Shown here: piece by piece, positions 11,660 through 26,039 of the stretch | Numbering within the stretch: the first letter of the stretch is position 1 | Layout: every line of letters starts with the position of its first letter | Assembly (NCBI GenBank): GCA_951406725.2 | Contig: OX597814.1 | Span: 196,106,001-196,170,000 of the forward strand | From: Octopus vulgaris | Lineage: Eukaryota | DNA length: 64,000 nt | Direction of reading: 5' to 3' | Notes under the pieces: generated by a model | Told to the model about the DNA's origin: nothing | What the model saw: only the letters and a program-made list of their open reading frames with translations | The model's database searches: none | Position numbers and translations under genes: made by a program

Positions 11660-13490
11660 GTGTGTATTCAAAAGCCGCCAACAAAAAGTCAATCGTTGAC
11701 CTCAAACTTTATGGTAAAGATGAAGCCCAAGTCAGTTCCCTCGTCGATACGGTGTATACCTTCAGTGCTGATATCAGAATGGAATCCGGACTGAGAAAGT
11801 GTGGTGTACTAGTATTGAAAAGAGGCAAAATCAAATGTATGTACGGACTAACGATACCGTCAGGGGGAGGTTATAAAGTAGATAGAAGATACGGGCTATA
11901 AGTACTTGGGGATTTTGGAAATGGATAAATTGATGGAGAAAGAAAGGACAGAAGAATTTAAGGTGGAATACTTGCACAGACTAAGACTGATCGTAAAGTC
12001 GAAATTAAATGAACGGAATAAGGTCGAAGCTATCAACACCTGGGCGGTTTCACTCCTTAGATATGGAGCAGGGGTACTCGTATGGACAGTAGACGAACTA
12101 AACAGCTTAGACAGAAAAACAAGGAAGTTGCTAACTAGATATAAGAGCACTCCGTCGGTTGCGACGATGAAGGTCCCAGCTGATACGATCAACGGAACAG
12201 CTTGCTCGTGATATTAACGTGCAAGTGGCTGAGCACTCCACAGACACGTGTACCCTTAACGTAGTTCTCGAGGAGATTCAGCGTGACACACAGAATGTGA
12301 CAAAGCTGGCCCTTTGAAATACAAGTACAAGAGAAACAGGAAGAAAGAGCGAGAGAAAGTTGTGGTGAAAGAGTACAGCAGGGTTCACCACCACCCCTGT
12401 CGGAGCCTCGTGGAGCTTTAGGTGTTTTCGCTCAATAAACACTCACAATGCCCGGTCTGGGAATCGAAACCGCGATCCTCCGACCGCGAGTCCGTTGCCC
12501 TAACCACTGGGCCATTGCGCCTCCACTGCTAACTAGATATGTGTCACTCTACTCAAAAAGTGTCACAGACAGACTGTATATACCTAGAAAAAGAGAGGGA
12601 AGATGACTTATTGAATGTGAACACAGCATTAGAGCTGAAGAAAACAACATAGCAAGGTATGTAAAAAATGCCACAGAACCGCTTTTATTGGAAGTAAGAA
12701 GGTCAGGCTTGCGTAGGATGAAAGATAGCAAAGATAATGCTCTATACAAGAAATTGAAAACGAATGAAACTGAAAATGGTCAATTTCATAGGGATGTTGA
12801 AGATAAGACAGATTTAAAACCGGAAACGGGGGCTCTAATCTGTACAGCCCAAGAGCAAGCAATAAGAACAAACTACATAAAATACAGAATAGACAACACA
12901 TCAGAAAGTAATAAGTCCATAATCTGTTGACAAAACTGTGAAACCGTATGGCATATTACCAGCCAATGTACGCCACTAACCCAGAAGGAATATAAGAGAC
13001 GCCACGACAATATGACCAGGCTTGTCAATTGGACACTTTGCAACAAGTATTGACTTAGCAGAGCAAAAAATTGGTACGACCACAAACCTGAAGGTTTCTT
13101 AATTAAGAAATAAAACAAATTATGCTGGATCATAGATACAGCATGCGCAGCTGACAACAAGGTATGCGATAGGGAAGAAAGAAAAGTCGAGAGATATGAC
13201 AGATTAGCTTGGGAAGTTAAGCAGTTCTGGTCGATGTAAAAGGTAGCAGTAGTACCAATAATTGTCGGAGCCCTGGGAACAGTGAGTAAAAATGTTGAGA
13301 GATACAGGTAAAAATAGGGGCTGCAATAAGGGGGGAGCACTTGCAGAAAACGGCACTGCTTGGAACCGCTCGATTATTCCGGAAGGTGCTCGAAAAATAA
13401 CAGGTGTTACCTTAGTTCACTGGTAGTGAACAGCTGACACGGTAGTAATCTCAACCATTAGAAGCTGTGCAAAGGCAATAATAATAATAT
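11660..13490 (+). mobile_element. 5'-truncated, decayed R4/Dong-like RLE non-LTR retrotransposon
   Basis: RT C-terminal peptides (DLKLYGKDE, YKYLGILE, AINTWAVSLLRY, LDRKTRKLL), AQEQAIRTN, YKRRHDN, VVPIIVGALG; ends in (AAT)n; stops and frameshifts. Confidence 0.9.
12143..12526 (-). mobile_element. tRNA-derived SINE family C inserted in the R4/Dong LINE
   Basis: 14-bp TSD tgctaactagatat at 12129-12142 and 12527-12540; tRNA-like head gtggaggcgcaatggcccagtggttagg..gtttcgattccc. Confidence 0.92.
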
Positions 13491-14340
13491 TAAACCTGAC
13501 AAATACAAACAAGAAATCATACCACCTAACAAATATGAAGAAGAAGAAGAAGAAGAAGAAGAAGAAGAAGAAGAAGAAGAAGAAGAAGAAGAAGAAGAAG
13601 AAGAAGAAGAAGAAGAAGAAGAAGAAGAAGAAGAAGAAACAACAAAAGCTATAAAATAATGAAATTCAAACCAAAACTAGAACAGCAACAGACCATGATA
13701 AAACAATGGCAAGAAAAGCCCTTTATGGCAAATACTGGACTAAATTAAATGCAAAAGAAATAGACAAAGAAAAATCCCAGCAATGGTTGAGAATCTCAGG
13801 ACTCAAAGCAGAAACAGAGGGATTTTTAATTGCAGCACAAGACCAAAGCCTCCCAACCAGAAATTACCAAAAACATATAATGAAAAGAAACGTAACAAGT
13901 AACTGCAGAATATGTGGAGATGGACAAGAAACAATAAATCATATCTCTGGCTGCCCAGTCCTGGCTAAAAAGGAATATATTCACAGACACGAGAGAGTTG
14001 GGACCTACATACACTGGAAGATATGCCAAGATTATGGAATAACAACAGAAAAAAGATGGTATAGGCACACACCAGAAAAGGTCACATAAAACGAGAAAGC
14101 AACAATACTCTGGGATATGCCAATACACACAGATAGACAAATTAAGGCCAATAGGCCAGATATAGTTATCAGAGGCCATGAAAAAAAAGAAAATGCTTTC
14201 TAATTGATGTATTAATACCAGCAGATGACAACATGTCTCTAAAAGAAATGGAGAAACTTTCAAAATACAAAGACCTGGAAATAGAGGTAACCAGAATGTG
14301 GAATCTAAAAACAGAAACAATTCCTATCATAGTAGGCGCA
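13491..14340 (+). mobile_element. Second R4/Dong-like RLE LINE fragment
   Basis: LKAETEGFLIAAQDQSL, CRIC..ETINHI.GC zinc knuckle, YIHRH, NRPDIV, EKLSKYKDL, IPIIVGA. Confidence 0.9.
13537..13637. repeat. (GAA)n microsatellite
   Basis: Visible directly. Confidence 0.95.
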
Positions 14341-15334
14341 TTCGCGTTGTCGCTTTCGACCAGTCCATATGGGCCTGTGTAGGATTTGCGAGTGTTTTCC
14401 TCTGGTAGCTATTCCATATATGGCTTGTTGCGTAACTGATTCTGCTAACTACCTCACTTAACGAAGTTGGTATCTTCAAGAGACTAAGTGATGATTTATG
14501 AATGGGACTTATAAATATAAAAGAATTAATACTCCAGAGGACAGTTTATGGTGCATTGACAGAGTTTGGTACTGTATTGGATAAACGGTGTTAAATCTCT
14601 GCACGATTTGAATTGAAATCATACTGCACGAAAGCCTTTATTTCTATTCTCCAAGATCGAACGAATAATGTAATAGTCACAAACTGAGGTCATTAAAAAA
14701 TTAAAATAATCTTCCGCAAATATGACGCCGTATGCGTATATCATAAAAAATTATACCAAGGAGTAGCTAATTATAACTAAACAGATGATTAAACATTTGA
14801 TGAAGTATTTGATATTTCAGTCAGTTAAGTTAATTATTACTAAGTCACTAACGAAATTTCATTTGTAGAAATTCTTAATAATCAGATCTAATATGTGTTT
14901 GTAGAGATTTTACAGTTTTTTATTATTTAGTAACGCAAAGGCGAGATCGATGAAATAAATATCAGTATATCTCTCTTTCAAAATTTCAGGCCTTGTGCCA
15001 ATAATAGAAAATATTTAATTACACGGACGTTAATAATCTTAGAATCTTGTTATGTAATTAAGAAAAAAGAATCTTCATTTCGTCTTATCAAAATCTGTCT
15101 CGAATTCTTCACTTCATTTCTAAACATTTCTCTTCCTTCACCACAAGCGCGCGCACACACACACATAAACATACACGCACACAAACACACACACTAACAA
15201 TCAAAAACTTACACTTGTTTCTCTCTGTTTGTCTGTCTGTCTCTTTCTCAAAACTTCATCGTAGTGATTTGAATATGATAACTATGATCGCATGGTTTAC
15301 GAACAATAGAACACGACCTTTCGAGGCTTTAAAG

Positions 15335-15792
15335 CAGCAATTCTCAACCGCAGCTTCCAGGGCCGCATGCAGCCTTCAAGTATCCTCCCGGCGATCACTG
15401 ACAGTTTTCCCACTACAATATAATTAATATATTATTAATTATATTATAGTGATAGATATATAAAGTAGATGTAGGGTTTTTTAAATCAAAGCTGGACCTC
15501 TTCCTTTCGAGAGTGCCAGATGAGCCTACCTCACGGCATGTGGTGCAAATGAGGGTAGCTATATCAAACTCCATTCTTCATCAAGTGCCACATATTAGAG
15601 GAGGCTCCTGGTAATAACAGTGTAGCGCAAAACGGCAGTGCATCAGCATGGCCGCAGCTCTGAGTTGAAACTTAAAAAAAAAAAATTCATTTTTCTTTAA
15701 TTGATATGTCTTTTACCTTTTATGGTGCTGTTACCTGAAAAAAATCAAGGTTTTGGATTTGGACTGGATATTAAAATGTTTGGGAACCGCTG
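15335..15792. mobile_element. hAT-type MITE (degenerate)
   Basis: Termini cagcaattctcaac / gtttgggaaccgctg; 8-bp flanks ctttaaag / cttcaatg. Confidence 0.6.
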
Positions 15793-16430
15793 CTTCAATG
15801 AGTCCCAGAAAATGTCATTGCGCATGACTCTTGTCATCAAAAGATATGACTGTATGTAAAATTTTAGATTGCTGCGGCCTACAACTAGAAATACATACAT
15901 TCATTTTGTATATTAATATGGAGGACACTTCCAGTTACAGTATGAGTTCTTTCAACGTAAATGTCCACTTTGTGATTTCAAAATGGTAAAGACGACAGGG
16001 ATAATAACAAAAATTGAATGGATGTATACACAGAAAAAAGTTTTCTTTCATTCATTTAAAGTGGTGATTCTGAACCATTTATCAGCAAAGTAAAAGTTAG
16101 CTACTTTTACTCGGGTAGACCCTCATAATCATTTGCTTAAAAAATCCCATTATAATCTTATAATTAAATATTATTTGGAATTCTATAAAAAATATTGTTA
16201 AAATATTTCGTGTCTTCTATAAAACTCGAGGTGATTTAAAAATAAGCAGTTTTGGGAACAACAAATACGGCATTTAGCAACTCTGCTTGTAAAATGTAAA
16301 TGTAAAAGTAGAAAAATCGTCAACGTAAAAAAATCTAATTGACAAACCACATCATGTGAATTAAAGAACATATGTTCACATTGGGAGTGTCAGTGTATGC
16401 TTATCTGTTGACATAATCACTATAGATATA

Positions 16431-17318
16431 CTGGGTGTTCTGACTAAATTTGACAGTTTGCATAACAAAAATTAAAAACATAATAACAAAAGAAAAATGC
16501 AAGTATTTAAAAAAAAATCAAACATATATCAACTAGATTATGACTGGAAAAATTTGCAAACTCAAAGTAGCCGCCTTGAGCTCCCACCGTAGCATGAAAA
16601 ATGTTCCGGAACTTGACGCATGTATCCCTCTGTGTCCCTGAAAAAAAACATCGAACACCTTGATGTTGGTCACCAGCTCGGCCTTGGTGTTTAAAGCAGA
16701 GCGGTGGGTTTCTTTTCCAACCGTGCCGCAAACGTAGTAATCCGTAGAATTAAAATTGAGGTAATTTGGAGACCAGAGATTAGCGATGGTGAAGTCGTAG
16801 AAATTCTTCGTTAACCACTTCAGATTCTTTCCTGAGGCATGGCGAGGGGCCAAATTCTGCTGCCAAAATTCTGCTTCTAGCAGCAAAATCTAGTTGGAGA
16901 TCAAAATCATCTCCAACTAGATTTTGATCACATTTTCCAGCAGCTTCACATAGCCGTCTGAACTGAGCCAAACACCCTGTTCAAATATGTGGGGTAGCAT
17001 GATGTCACCCCCACTGAAGGCACACCGACTGATCATCACGATTTGGAGGAAATTGGTATTCAAGATGTCCAGCCTTTACAGTGTTCACAGAACATTGAGC
17101 AGATGCCTAGTGACGGTCTTTTGATACACGGCGCGAATCATCAAGATTCCATTTTTTCCAATATTCAGATGGCTTCCGATCCTCTATGTCAGCTAACATT
17201 TTTTCACTACAATTTCACTCTTTATACTCTCCAACTCTCTTCACTAATACACCAAGCTGATCCTGAAAAAAAGAAAAAAAAGGAGTCACAAAATGTCAAA
17301 GTTCTCCCGAGCACTTTG
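16431..17318 (-). mobile_element. Decayed Tc1/mariner-superfamily element
   Basis: Minus-strand QQNLAPRHAS, LWSPNYLNFNSTDYYV (degenerate WPPNSPDLNPLDY); imperfect TIRs flanked by TA. Confidence 0.75.
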
Positions 17319-17562
17319 TATATATCTTACTTATGTGGTAACAGATTTATATTATTTAAGGACTTCGATGACCTATAAGAGGAAAAATCTCAATAATTGA
17401 AATCAAGCATGCTTTCGCAGTTGGCATATCTTCATAAAACAGATTGTGTAATATCACTTAAGAATGCAGAGTTTTCCAAGTCTGATAACAAGCTGTAGTG
17501 CTTGTCGATATTTAAGTGCATATTTGACAGTGTCTTTGTAAAAAAACTAACAAACAAAAAAG

Positions 17563-17608
<46 letters not shown>

Positions 17609-17779
17609 CGGAAGATAAGATTTTGAGAAATGTATTCTTTCACCAACTGTTGATATACTCAAGCAATCATTGTCAAAATTGACGTATACATTACAATATT
17701 GTTAGAACTTTCATTGATATACATTGTCACTGATACTTGTATATATTTACATATATAAGTAGATATGTATGTATATATT

Positions 17780-17933
17780 AGGAGTGGCTGTGTGGTAAGT
17801 AGCTTGCTTGCTAACCACATGGTTCCGGGTTCAGTCCCACTGCATGGCAACTTGGGAAAATGTCTTCTGCTATAGCCTCGGGCCGACCAAAGCCTTGTGA
17901 GTGGATTTGGTAGACGGAAACTGAAAGAAGCCC

Positions 17934-18032
<99 letters not shown>

Positions 18033-18254
18033 TGTGTGTGTGTTTGTGTGTCTGTGTTTGTTCCCCCCAACATCGCTTACGACCGATGGTGGTATGTTTA
18101 CGTCCCCGCAACTTGGCGGTTCGGCAAAAGAGACCGATAGAATAAGTACTAGGCTTACAAAAAATAAGTCCTGGGGTCGATTTGCTCGAAAAAAGGCGGT
18201 GCTCCAGCATAGCCGCAGTCAAATGACTGAAACAAGTAAAAGAGAGTAAAAGAG
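17780..18254 (+). mobile_element. SINE family B (tRNA head, CORE-like block, internal microsatellite)
   Basis: ggagtggctgtgtggtaag..ggttcagtccc..cttggg..; tail cagtcaaatgactgaaacaagtaaaaga. Confidence 0.9.
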
Positions 18255-18268
18255 ACTATGTGTGTGTG

Positions 18269-18332
<64 letters not shown>

Positions 18333-18889
18333 GTATATATGTGTGCGTATATGCTTGACTGCATGTATAAACATATATGTGGGTGTATATGTATGTGAGT
18401 ATATGTATATATCTGTATGTATGTAGAAAATGAGAGAGAGAGAGATGAATGTGTATATACGTGGTTTTATGGAAGCCTAGGTATATGTGTATGTGTATCT
18501 GTGTGTGATTGTCTGTATGTGTAAGATATTTGTGAAAGTTCAACTTGTCTCGGTCGTTAAGTGAATGTATATATATATTTTTTCATTTAGCCAAATTTTT
18601 TACTGTGCATCTAGCCGTTGTTCATGTTTAATGCTGGGACCACTCTCATTGAACAAACTTATGATAAAATGCATTCAAATATTCGCGATCCAATTTTTTT
18701 TTAAAAGCATCGTTGATCTAGAATCACATTATTCGATTAGTTTTTCATTTTTATAAGATATTAGGCTGGAATTTTTGGTTAAATTTAACTCCTGTTTTTC
18801 GACTTTCTTCGTTTCTTCAGCGTTAATATGACATGAATATATGATTGAGGAAAGATCATATATGATTGAGGAAAGATCATTGGTAATTT

Positions 18890-19160
18890 AGTTAACTCAG
18901 ATATATCTCGGCCAAAGATTAGTCCAGGCCATCTCTAACTTAATATCTGTTAGGATTTGTTAAGTTATTGTAAAGTCAATTTATGTGATATCATGGCCCA
19001 CTCATAGCTTTGTTGGTGACTGAGATGTATCCAGGTACAGCGGGCTTATCTAGTATCCCTTGAAGAAATTTTTCCAGGTTTCGCTTGAAGGTGATGGGAT
19101 CGCTTTCGTCTTTATTTGTTTTGGGATAATTTTATATAGAGTAGCGCCTGTTGACGAAGT
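18890..19160 (-). mobile_element. CR1-like LINE 3' fragment
   Basis: Minus strand DPITFKRNLEKFLQGILDKPAVPGY, homologous to the 60882 ORF end. Confidence 0.7.
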
Positions 19161-20204
19161 CGACATGAGCGGAATTTGAACTCAGAACGTAATTAACCAG
19201 GAAAATGCCTCTAGGCATATTGTTCAAGACGATAATGATTCTGCCGGCTCGCCACTTTGCGTAGGCTTAAATAACAATTACATGAATATATCCTGAATTA
19301 AAATTTATTGTATATTTATATTTTTCATGCCACAAGCTGCGTAGCATGTGCTGGATATAAATCAAATAAATAGCCATACGTGAATAAGTTTTGTTAATAA
19401 AAGTGACTAAATCTAGGATTGATCCCGAATCTACGCATTTCAATCCATACTTTTATGTCTATTGTTTCCAATGTCATTTGATAAATTAGTCATGTCTATG
19501 GTATATATTTCACAGACTGCTTTGTAGACAGTTAAATAATAACAACGTTAAGAAAACAATATTAGGAAGTTGCAGAGAATAGCAGCTGTCCAGTAAAATA
19601 AATGTAATTTATCTTTGTGCAGTGGTGCATAGAATTATCTCACCGACTGTAACACTATGCATCACTCAAGACGTAATAATATTTCAGTTCCAAGAACGTA
19701 GACAGAGTACATCCAAGACTGGTTTTCTATGTAGAACGTGGCATTAAATTGGTGAATATTTGGTAGGACTTTGACTAATTTAAAGTTCGAAGCATGAATT
19801 CTTTGAAGAAGAAAAATGGCAGACGATCTCATTTCTGAAACACATGATGCAACTGAAAATATTACGGCTAACAAGACAGCGGTAACATTTCGAAACAATA
19901 TTCAATAGGGCAACCTGTTTATTCTTCAAAGCCATTTTACAAACGACGCATTAACGAAACAACTTCAAAACGAGACGCTAAAATGTTGTCTCATAAAATC
20001 TGTTTGTTCGTCTGCCACTCTCCTATCTTTCTCTTTCGCACCAACCTCACCTACCGATACCCACACAGGTATGCATACAAATATTTTTCATGTATAGAAC
20101 TCATATACAAATGGACATATTAATATTAAATATTGACACGCACTCAGGCACACCCACATTCAAGCATATACAAACTGTAATATATCAACATGTACATATA
20201 TATG

Positions 20205-20241
<37 letters not shown>

Positions 20242-20249
20242 CATAAATG

Positions 20250-20287
<38 letters not shown>

Positions 20288-21269
20288 CATTTATGCTATA
20301 TATATATTGCATAAATGCAATATATATATATATGCAATATGTATATATGTATATTGCATAATGCAATATGTATATATATATATATATTGCATATATAAAT
20401 ATAATATAAATGTATTATATGTATATATATCTATACTAAATATATGCATATATATCCATATATATATATATGAATACACACACATAAAATACCTTTGCTT
20501 AGTTTGATTCATTTTTGCAAGTGAAATAATTCATATATTCATGCTCTCTACGATTAGGAAACATAATTTTGCTCGTTCATTAATTATCATATGAACATTA
20601 ATGTAATGGTTTATTATGGAAGTTCTTTGATATAGACGATTGTATCAGCTTTGTGAACGGATAGAGTGAAGTAGTGCTTTCTCATATTTCCATGTGAAAT
20701 CTCTTGCTAAATATGAGTCACATATTTCCTCCATATCACAACTAATATATTTTGCTATATGATTTAACGGCAGAGTCAACAGGTCGTTCGATATAATGCC
20801 TCGTTATATTATATGTGTTTATATTGTGAGTTCAAATCAGGATGAGGTCAAAGTTACCTTTCATTTCCTCGGGGTTTATAAAATAATTAGTATTCTTGGG
20901 GAGGATGGATGTAAACGACTTTGTGTCGTCTATTTGTGTTTGTAATAGAAATTACTATTTAGTGACAGCAGGAGATCACACTTACATTTAAGGGATTACA
21001 AGCCTGGTGAGATCTGTATCAGGAAAGGGCGACCTCTTGCAAGAAGCGGGCCGTATGAGACTTGGTTTATCATCAGAGGGGCCGCAGAACTATAGAAAAT
21101 TAAAGGTAAGTTTTCGTTAGATATTCCATCCAGAACGTTACGTGGTTCGCAGTTTCTCAATTAGTCGTTTGTCAATTACTCGTTTCTATATATATATATA
21201 TATATATAATTATATATATATATATGCGTTTCTTTTCAATTGCATGAATTAAAATTTGGAGGCGGACGG

Positions 21270-22113
21270 GAAGAACTACCTGCATCAAGTTGCTATAAAA
21301 GCAGGTAATAATTTTACCTTGTCCTTATTGTGTAAGTTTTGAAGATTGCAGTTCGATATTAACAGTTATTTTTTCAAAGTTATAATGGAAATGGCAAAGT
21401 AGCATATTCAGCATATTTTGCTTCATGAGTTCAAGAAAGGTAACCACACAACGGAAAGTGCGAGGAATATTAATGCAGTTTATGGGGATCGGACAATAAG
21501 CGTAAGCCAGTGTCAACGGTAGTTCCGGCAATTCCGAGCCGGAAACTATAGCCTAGCAGATGAGCCTTGTCCTGGAAGATCTGTAGAGCTCGACGAGGAT
21601 GTCCTGCAAACCCTGGTGGAACAAAATCCCATCGTAACTGTTGAGGAACTAGCAGAGAAGCTTAGATTTTGTCAGTCAACCATTCATCGACACTTGCGTG
21701 TCATCGTAAAACGACCGTCTTTTGTTTCAAGACGAAAAGTTTTCTTCCATCAGGATAATGCTTGGCCACATACGGCGAGGATGACATTCCAAAGGCTGGA
21801 GTAGTTTGAATGGGAAACGATGCCCCACACACAATATTCGTCAGACATTGACCCATCTGATTATCATTTATTCTGCAGTCTTCAAAATCATTTAGGGAGA
21901 AAAAATATCATTTCTGTAGAGGAGGTCTGAACAGTACTGGAGGAATATTTTTTCGTCAAGAACAAGGGAATTTTGGAAAAGGGGCCTTGTAAGTCTACCA
22001 AACAGACGGAAGAGCATTGTAGAAAATGAAAGAGAGTGTACTTTAGATAAAAAAGAATTTGTTGTGATTAATGTTGAAAAGTAAAAGAAGTATAAAAAAA
22101 CCGCATTATTTAT
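21270..22113 (+). mobile_element. Internally deleted mariner relic
   Basis: HEFKKGN..SARNINAVYGD, TVEELAEKL, FHQDNAWPHTA, PSDYHLF motifs with stops. Confidence 0.9.
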
Positions 22114-22769
22114 ATACATATTAGCCGTTTAGCCGTGGAGCTTAAGGCAGCAAAAAGAGACGAGGCCCGGAAGGCGTTCTAATTTTTGCATTAATAAGTT
22201 CTTATAAATCTGTTTAGATATAAATGAGTTTGCATGTGCGTATGTGTGCGTAGTCGCATGCGTGGTTGTTTAGAATGTTTCTTTTCCTGCGTTCTCTAGA
22301 ATAATCCGCCATAAAGTTTCCTCTTTAATTCTGCATTCAATGCGATGAAATATATTTTATCTAATCACCCACAGAAAAAGAAAAAAAAAACGTTAATCAA
22401 AAATAATTATTTTGGGATTCGTCTTCTGTACTTGCCAAAATAATTAAATTAATTCATCAGTCATGATTTTAATGATTTTTCGTTGCTTTTTTTTTCATTT
22501 ATTCTCATTGCATGATTATTTCTGAGTAACGCTTTAATATTCGCTACAATATGTATCAACCTTTTGCATACGCAAGTAAATTTTAGCAGGCGCGGGTTCG
22601 TTTGAGTATGTCCCTAGAAATCGCAGAAACAGAAAGCCACTTACGAGTCGTTGTGTGTGAATGGTTTGCCAATTGGCAGAAACATTCGTTATTTTCGGTC
22701 GTAAACATAATACCATGAGACTCCCACCGGTGTGTCTTCCGTGGGTATAATCAATCGATCTCGCCTGTT

Positions 22770-23188
22770 CTCTTTACTCTTTTTTACTTGTTTCAGTCAT
22801 GTGACTGTGGCCATGCTGGAGCACCGCCTTTAGTCGAGCAAATCGACCTCAGGAATTATTCTTTGTAAGCCTAGAACGTATTCTATCGGTATCTTTTGCC
22901 GAACCGCTAAGTTACGGGGACATAAACACACCAGCATCGGTTGTCAAGCGATGTTGAGGAGGGGGAGGGGAAACACAGACACACAAACATATATACACAC
23001 ATACATATATATATATACATATATACGACGGGTTTCTTTCAGTTTCCGCCTACCAATTCCACTCACAAGGCTTTGGTAGTCCCGAGACTATAGTAGAAGA
23101 CACTTGCCCGAGGTTCCACGCAGTGAGACTGAACCTGGAACCATGTGGTTCGTAAGCAAGCTACTTACCACACAGCCACTCCTACGCC
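22770..23188 (-). mobile_element. SINE family B
   Basis: Reverse complement of the 17780 element. Confidence 0.9.
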
Positions 23189-24047
23189 TTTGCAGATAAG
23201 ATTCATTTAATTTCTCACAGTTCTTTACATTTTCTAAATATGTAAATTTTTAGGCTCGTTAGCGCTTCGTATTGTGCGTTTATTTATTCATTCCCTCATC
23301 ACTACTTTGACAAATGCTGTTAAATCTATACTTTGCTGATAAGTTCCAATAACACGGAAACATGTACGCAATTTTCTCCAGCTCTTGCAGAAATTAAAAT
23401 AAGTTATCGAACTAATATCAATTTCCTCACCGTTGAACTAACGTCATTTCCTCAATTTGTGATTAACGTTTTGATGTCCATTGCACTAAATATGTTAACA
23501 CTAACTAACTTGGACAAAATGTTTAATTAAAACTTCTTTGCCAGAAATGTTATTGAAGCAAATATTCTATTTCTACAGAAATTGGAATTTTCTAAATCTT
23601 TTGCCAATATTCAATTTGTTTGTGTTAAATCCACTAAATCGATAATCTCTTATCATCTGTAAGTCATGGCTCATGACTTCACCAGAAAATATTGAAACCA
23701 ACCCATGTATCTCTTTAATTTTCTTCGATCAAAATTTGGTTTGCATAAAATTGGCATTTTGTCTTTTTACATTTTTTTGTATAATCTCAAAACAAAATGT
23801 AATCTACTTCGCTCTTGTATCTCAGCCAGTTAATCCGTTTCTCTTCATCTTCATAATTCAACCACGACAGTCCCAATATCCAATACAGAAAAACATGTGA
23901 CTTGTCTATGAGGAGACCCAATGAACCGTTTTGTAATATTCCCAGTCCGAAACTATCTTCTTTTCTAAATGACAAACAGTCTCTCCTGTCTGGTTTGTAG
24001 TAAATACCTGTCAAATCTATGTAACTTTACTTTCTGTTACATAGCTG

Positions 24048-24597
24048 CCTTTAGCCAAGCAAATCAAACCCAGGACTTATTCCTTGTAAGTCTAGCACTT
24101 ATTCTATCGATCTCTTATGCCGAACCGCTAAGTTACGGGGACGTAAACACACCAGCATCGATGTCAAGCGATATTGGGAGACACACACACACATACATAA
24201 GTATATATACGTGTATATGAGATGGCGCGGGTATGTGGTACGAAGCTTGCTTTCCAGCAACATGGGCCCGGGTTCCGGCCCACTGCGTGGTACTCTGTGC
24301 AAGTGTTTTCTACTATAGACTTGGACCGACCAAAGCCTTGTGATTGAATTAGGTAGACGCAAACTGAAGAAACCGTCGTATATTCGTACACATATATGTG
24401 TATGCGTGTGTGTGGTGTGTGTATGTGTTTGTGTGTATGTGTTTATGTGTATGTGTTTGTGTGTATGTGCGTATGTGTTTGTGTGTGAGTGTGTGGCTGT
24501 CTTTGAAGCCACAGCTTCAAAACTGATGTAGGTATGTTTACGTCCTCGTAACTTAGCGGCCCGGCAAAAGAACCGATAGTATAAGTACCAGGCTTTA
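24048..24597. mobile_element. Two SINE family B pieces, partial (-) 24048-24200 and (+) 24223-24597
   Basis: Homology to family B. Confidence 0.8.
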
Positions 24598-24963
24598 AAA
24601 GAAAAATTCCGTACAGGCGCTCACTCATTCCACTAGAAGTATAAGATAAAAGTATAAGATAAAAGTTCCCATACTTACTGTATATTGTACTCCCAATTCT
24701 TCTACGTAAACCAACAAAGAAATTCTCAACGAGACGCAACCTCCAACCTCTTAACAACTTAATAATTTCTTACCTTATGGTAATTTCTTTTACGCATACT
24801 GTGATATTATTGATACTGTCGTAAACAATAATATCCTTATATATATTTTTAGAATTTATTTTTTACACTTGGATCACCTTTTTAAATTTGCTGCGGCGTT
24901 AAAAACGGTCATCGCGCACGTTGTTTGAGATGGGCAGTTTCTATGACCTTCGGGTCAGTAAGA

Positions 24964-25022
24964 CTCGCTGATGAGAACTGACATTTTCACAAAGATTGAA
25001 ATCGTGACGAAACGAGTATGTG
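24964..25022 (+). ncRNA. Degenerate hammerhead motif
   Basis: CTGATGA G..C GAAA CGAG TA; core intact, stems eroded. Confidence 0.45.
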
Positions 25023-25143
25023 TGGTTTTTCAATTTACATTTCTCTTTGTTATTGGTACGGGGGCTCGGAATTTCGGCTCATTCTGCTGATTTCAATTAA
25101 TGCGTATCAGTTAAAATTTGTGGTTCTTGTCGTCTTCTGACTG

Positions 25144-25179
<36 letters not shown>

Positions 25180-25200
25180 CATATATATATATATGTAAAC

Positions 25201-25264
25201 CACCTGAAGAATGACTGTAACTCGAAAATTTTAAGAATTGAACTGCCATGAAACGATCGTAGTG
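25201..25264 (+). ncRNA. Type I hammerhead motif in a ~200-bp insert between (TA)n tracts
   Basis: CAC CTGAAGA ATG..CAT GAAA CGATCG TA GTG. Confidence 0.8.
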
Positions 25265-25607
25265 TTATATTAATTATCTTTTTTAATAATTTTGATATAT
25301 ATTTAAATAATATAAATTAATTAATCTTTTGTATTGGCTTAAGTTTTTCATTATATGATTTGCCCAATAGTGGTTTTATCTCTAATTTAATATAATATAT
25401 ATATATATATATATATATACTTACCAATATGGTCACAAATACACATATAATTCTCACACATAGTGTACATACATAAATCTATACACGCACACACTCATCC
25501 ACACATATATATACACTCACACGCAAATATCCTCACACACGCGGGCGCACGCACACACACATATGCAGGTGAGTGTGTATACATGTACAAATACACACAC
25601 ACATGAT

Positions 25608-25988
25608 TTCGGGTTTAGTCCCACTGCGTGGCACCTTGGGCAAGTGTTTTCTCCTATAACCTCAGCCCAACCAAAGCCTTGTGAGTGGATTTGGTAGACA
25701 GAAACTGAAAGAAGCCCGTCGTATATATGTATGTATACATACATATATATGACGTGTATATATGTCGTAAATATGTATGTATGTGTGTGTGTGTGTGTGT
25801 TTGTGTGTGTCTGTGTTTGTCCCTCCACCATCACTTGACAACTGATTTAGGCGTGTTTACGTCCCTGTAACTTAGCGGTTCGGCAAAAGAGAATGTTTGG
25901 CTTACAAAGAATAAGTCTTGGGTTCGATTTCTTCGACTAAAGGCGGTGCTCCAGCATGGCCTCAGTCAAATGACTGAAACAAATAGAA

Positions 25989-25990
<2 letters not shown>
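25608..25990 (+). mobile_element. SINE family B, 5'-truncated
   Basis: Homology to family B. Confidence 0.85.

Positions 25991-26039
<49 letters not shown>

Noticed and set aside
17401-17440. Minus-strand ATGAAGA..GC GAAA GCATGC TT hammerhead-like string
   Set aside because: Position 3 mismatched and no convincing stem I
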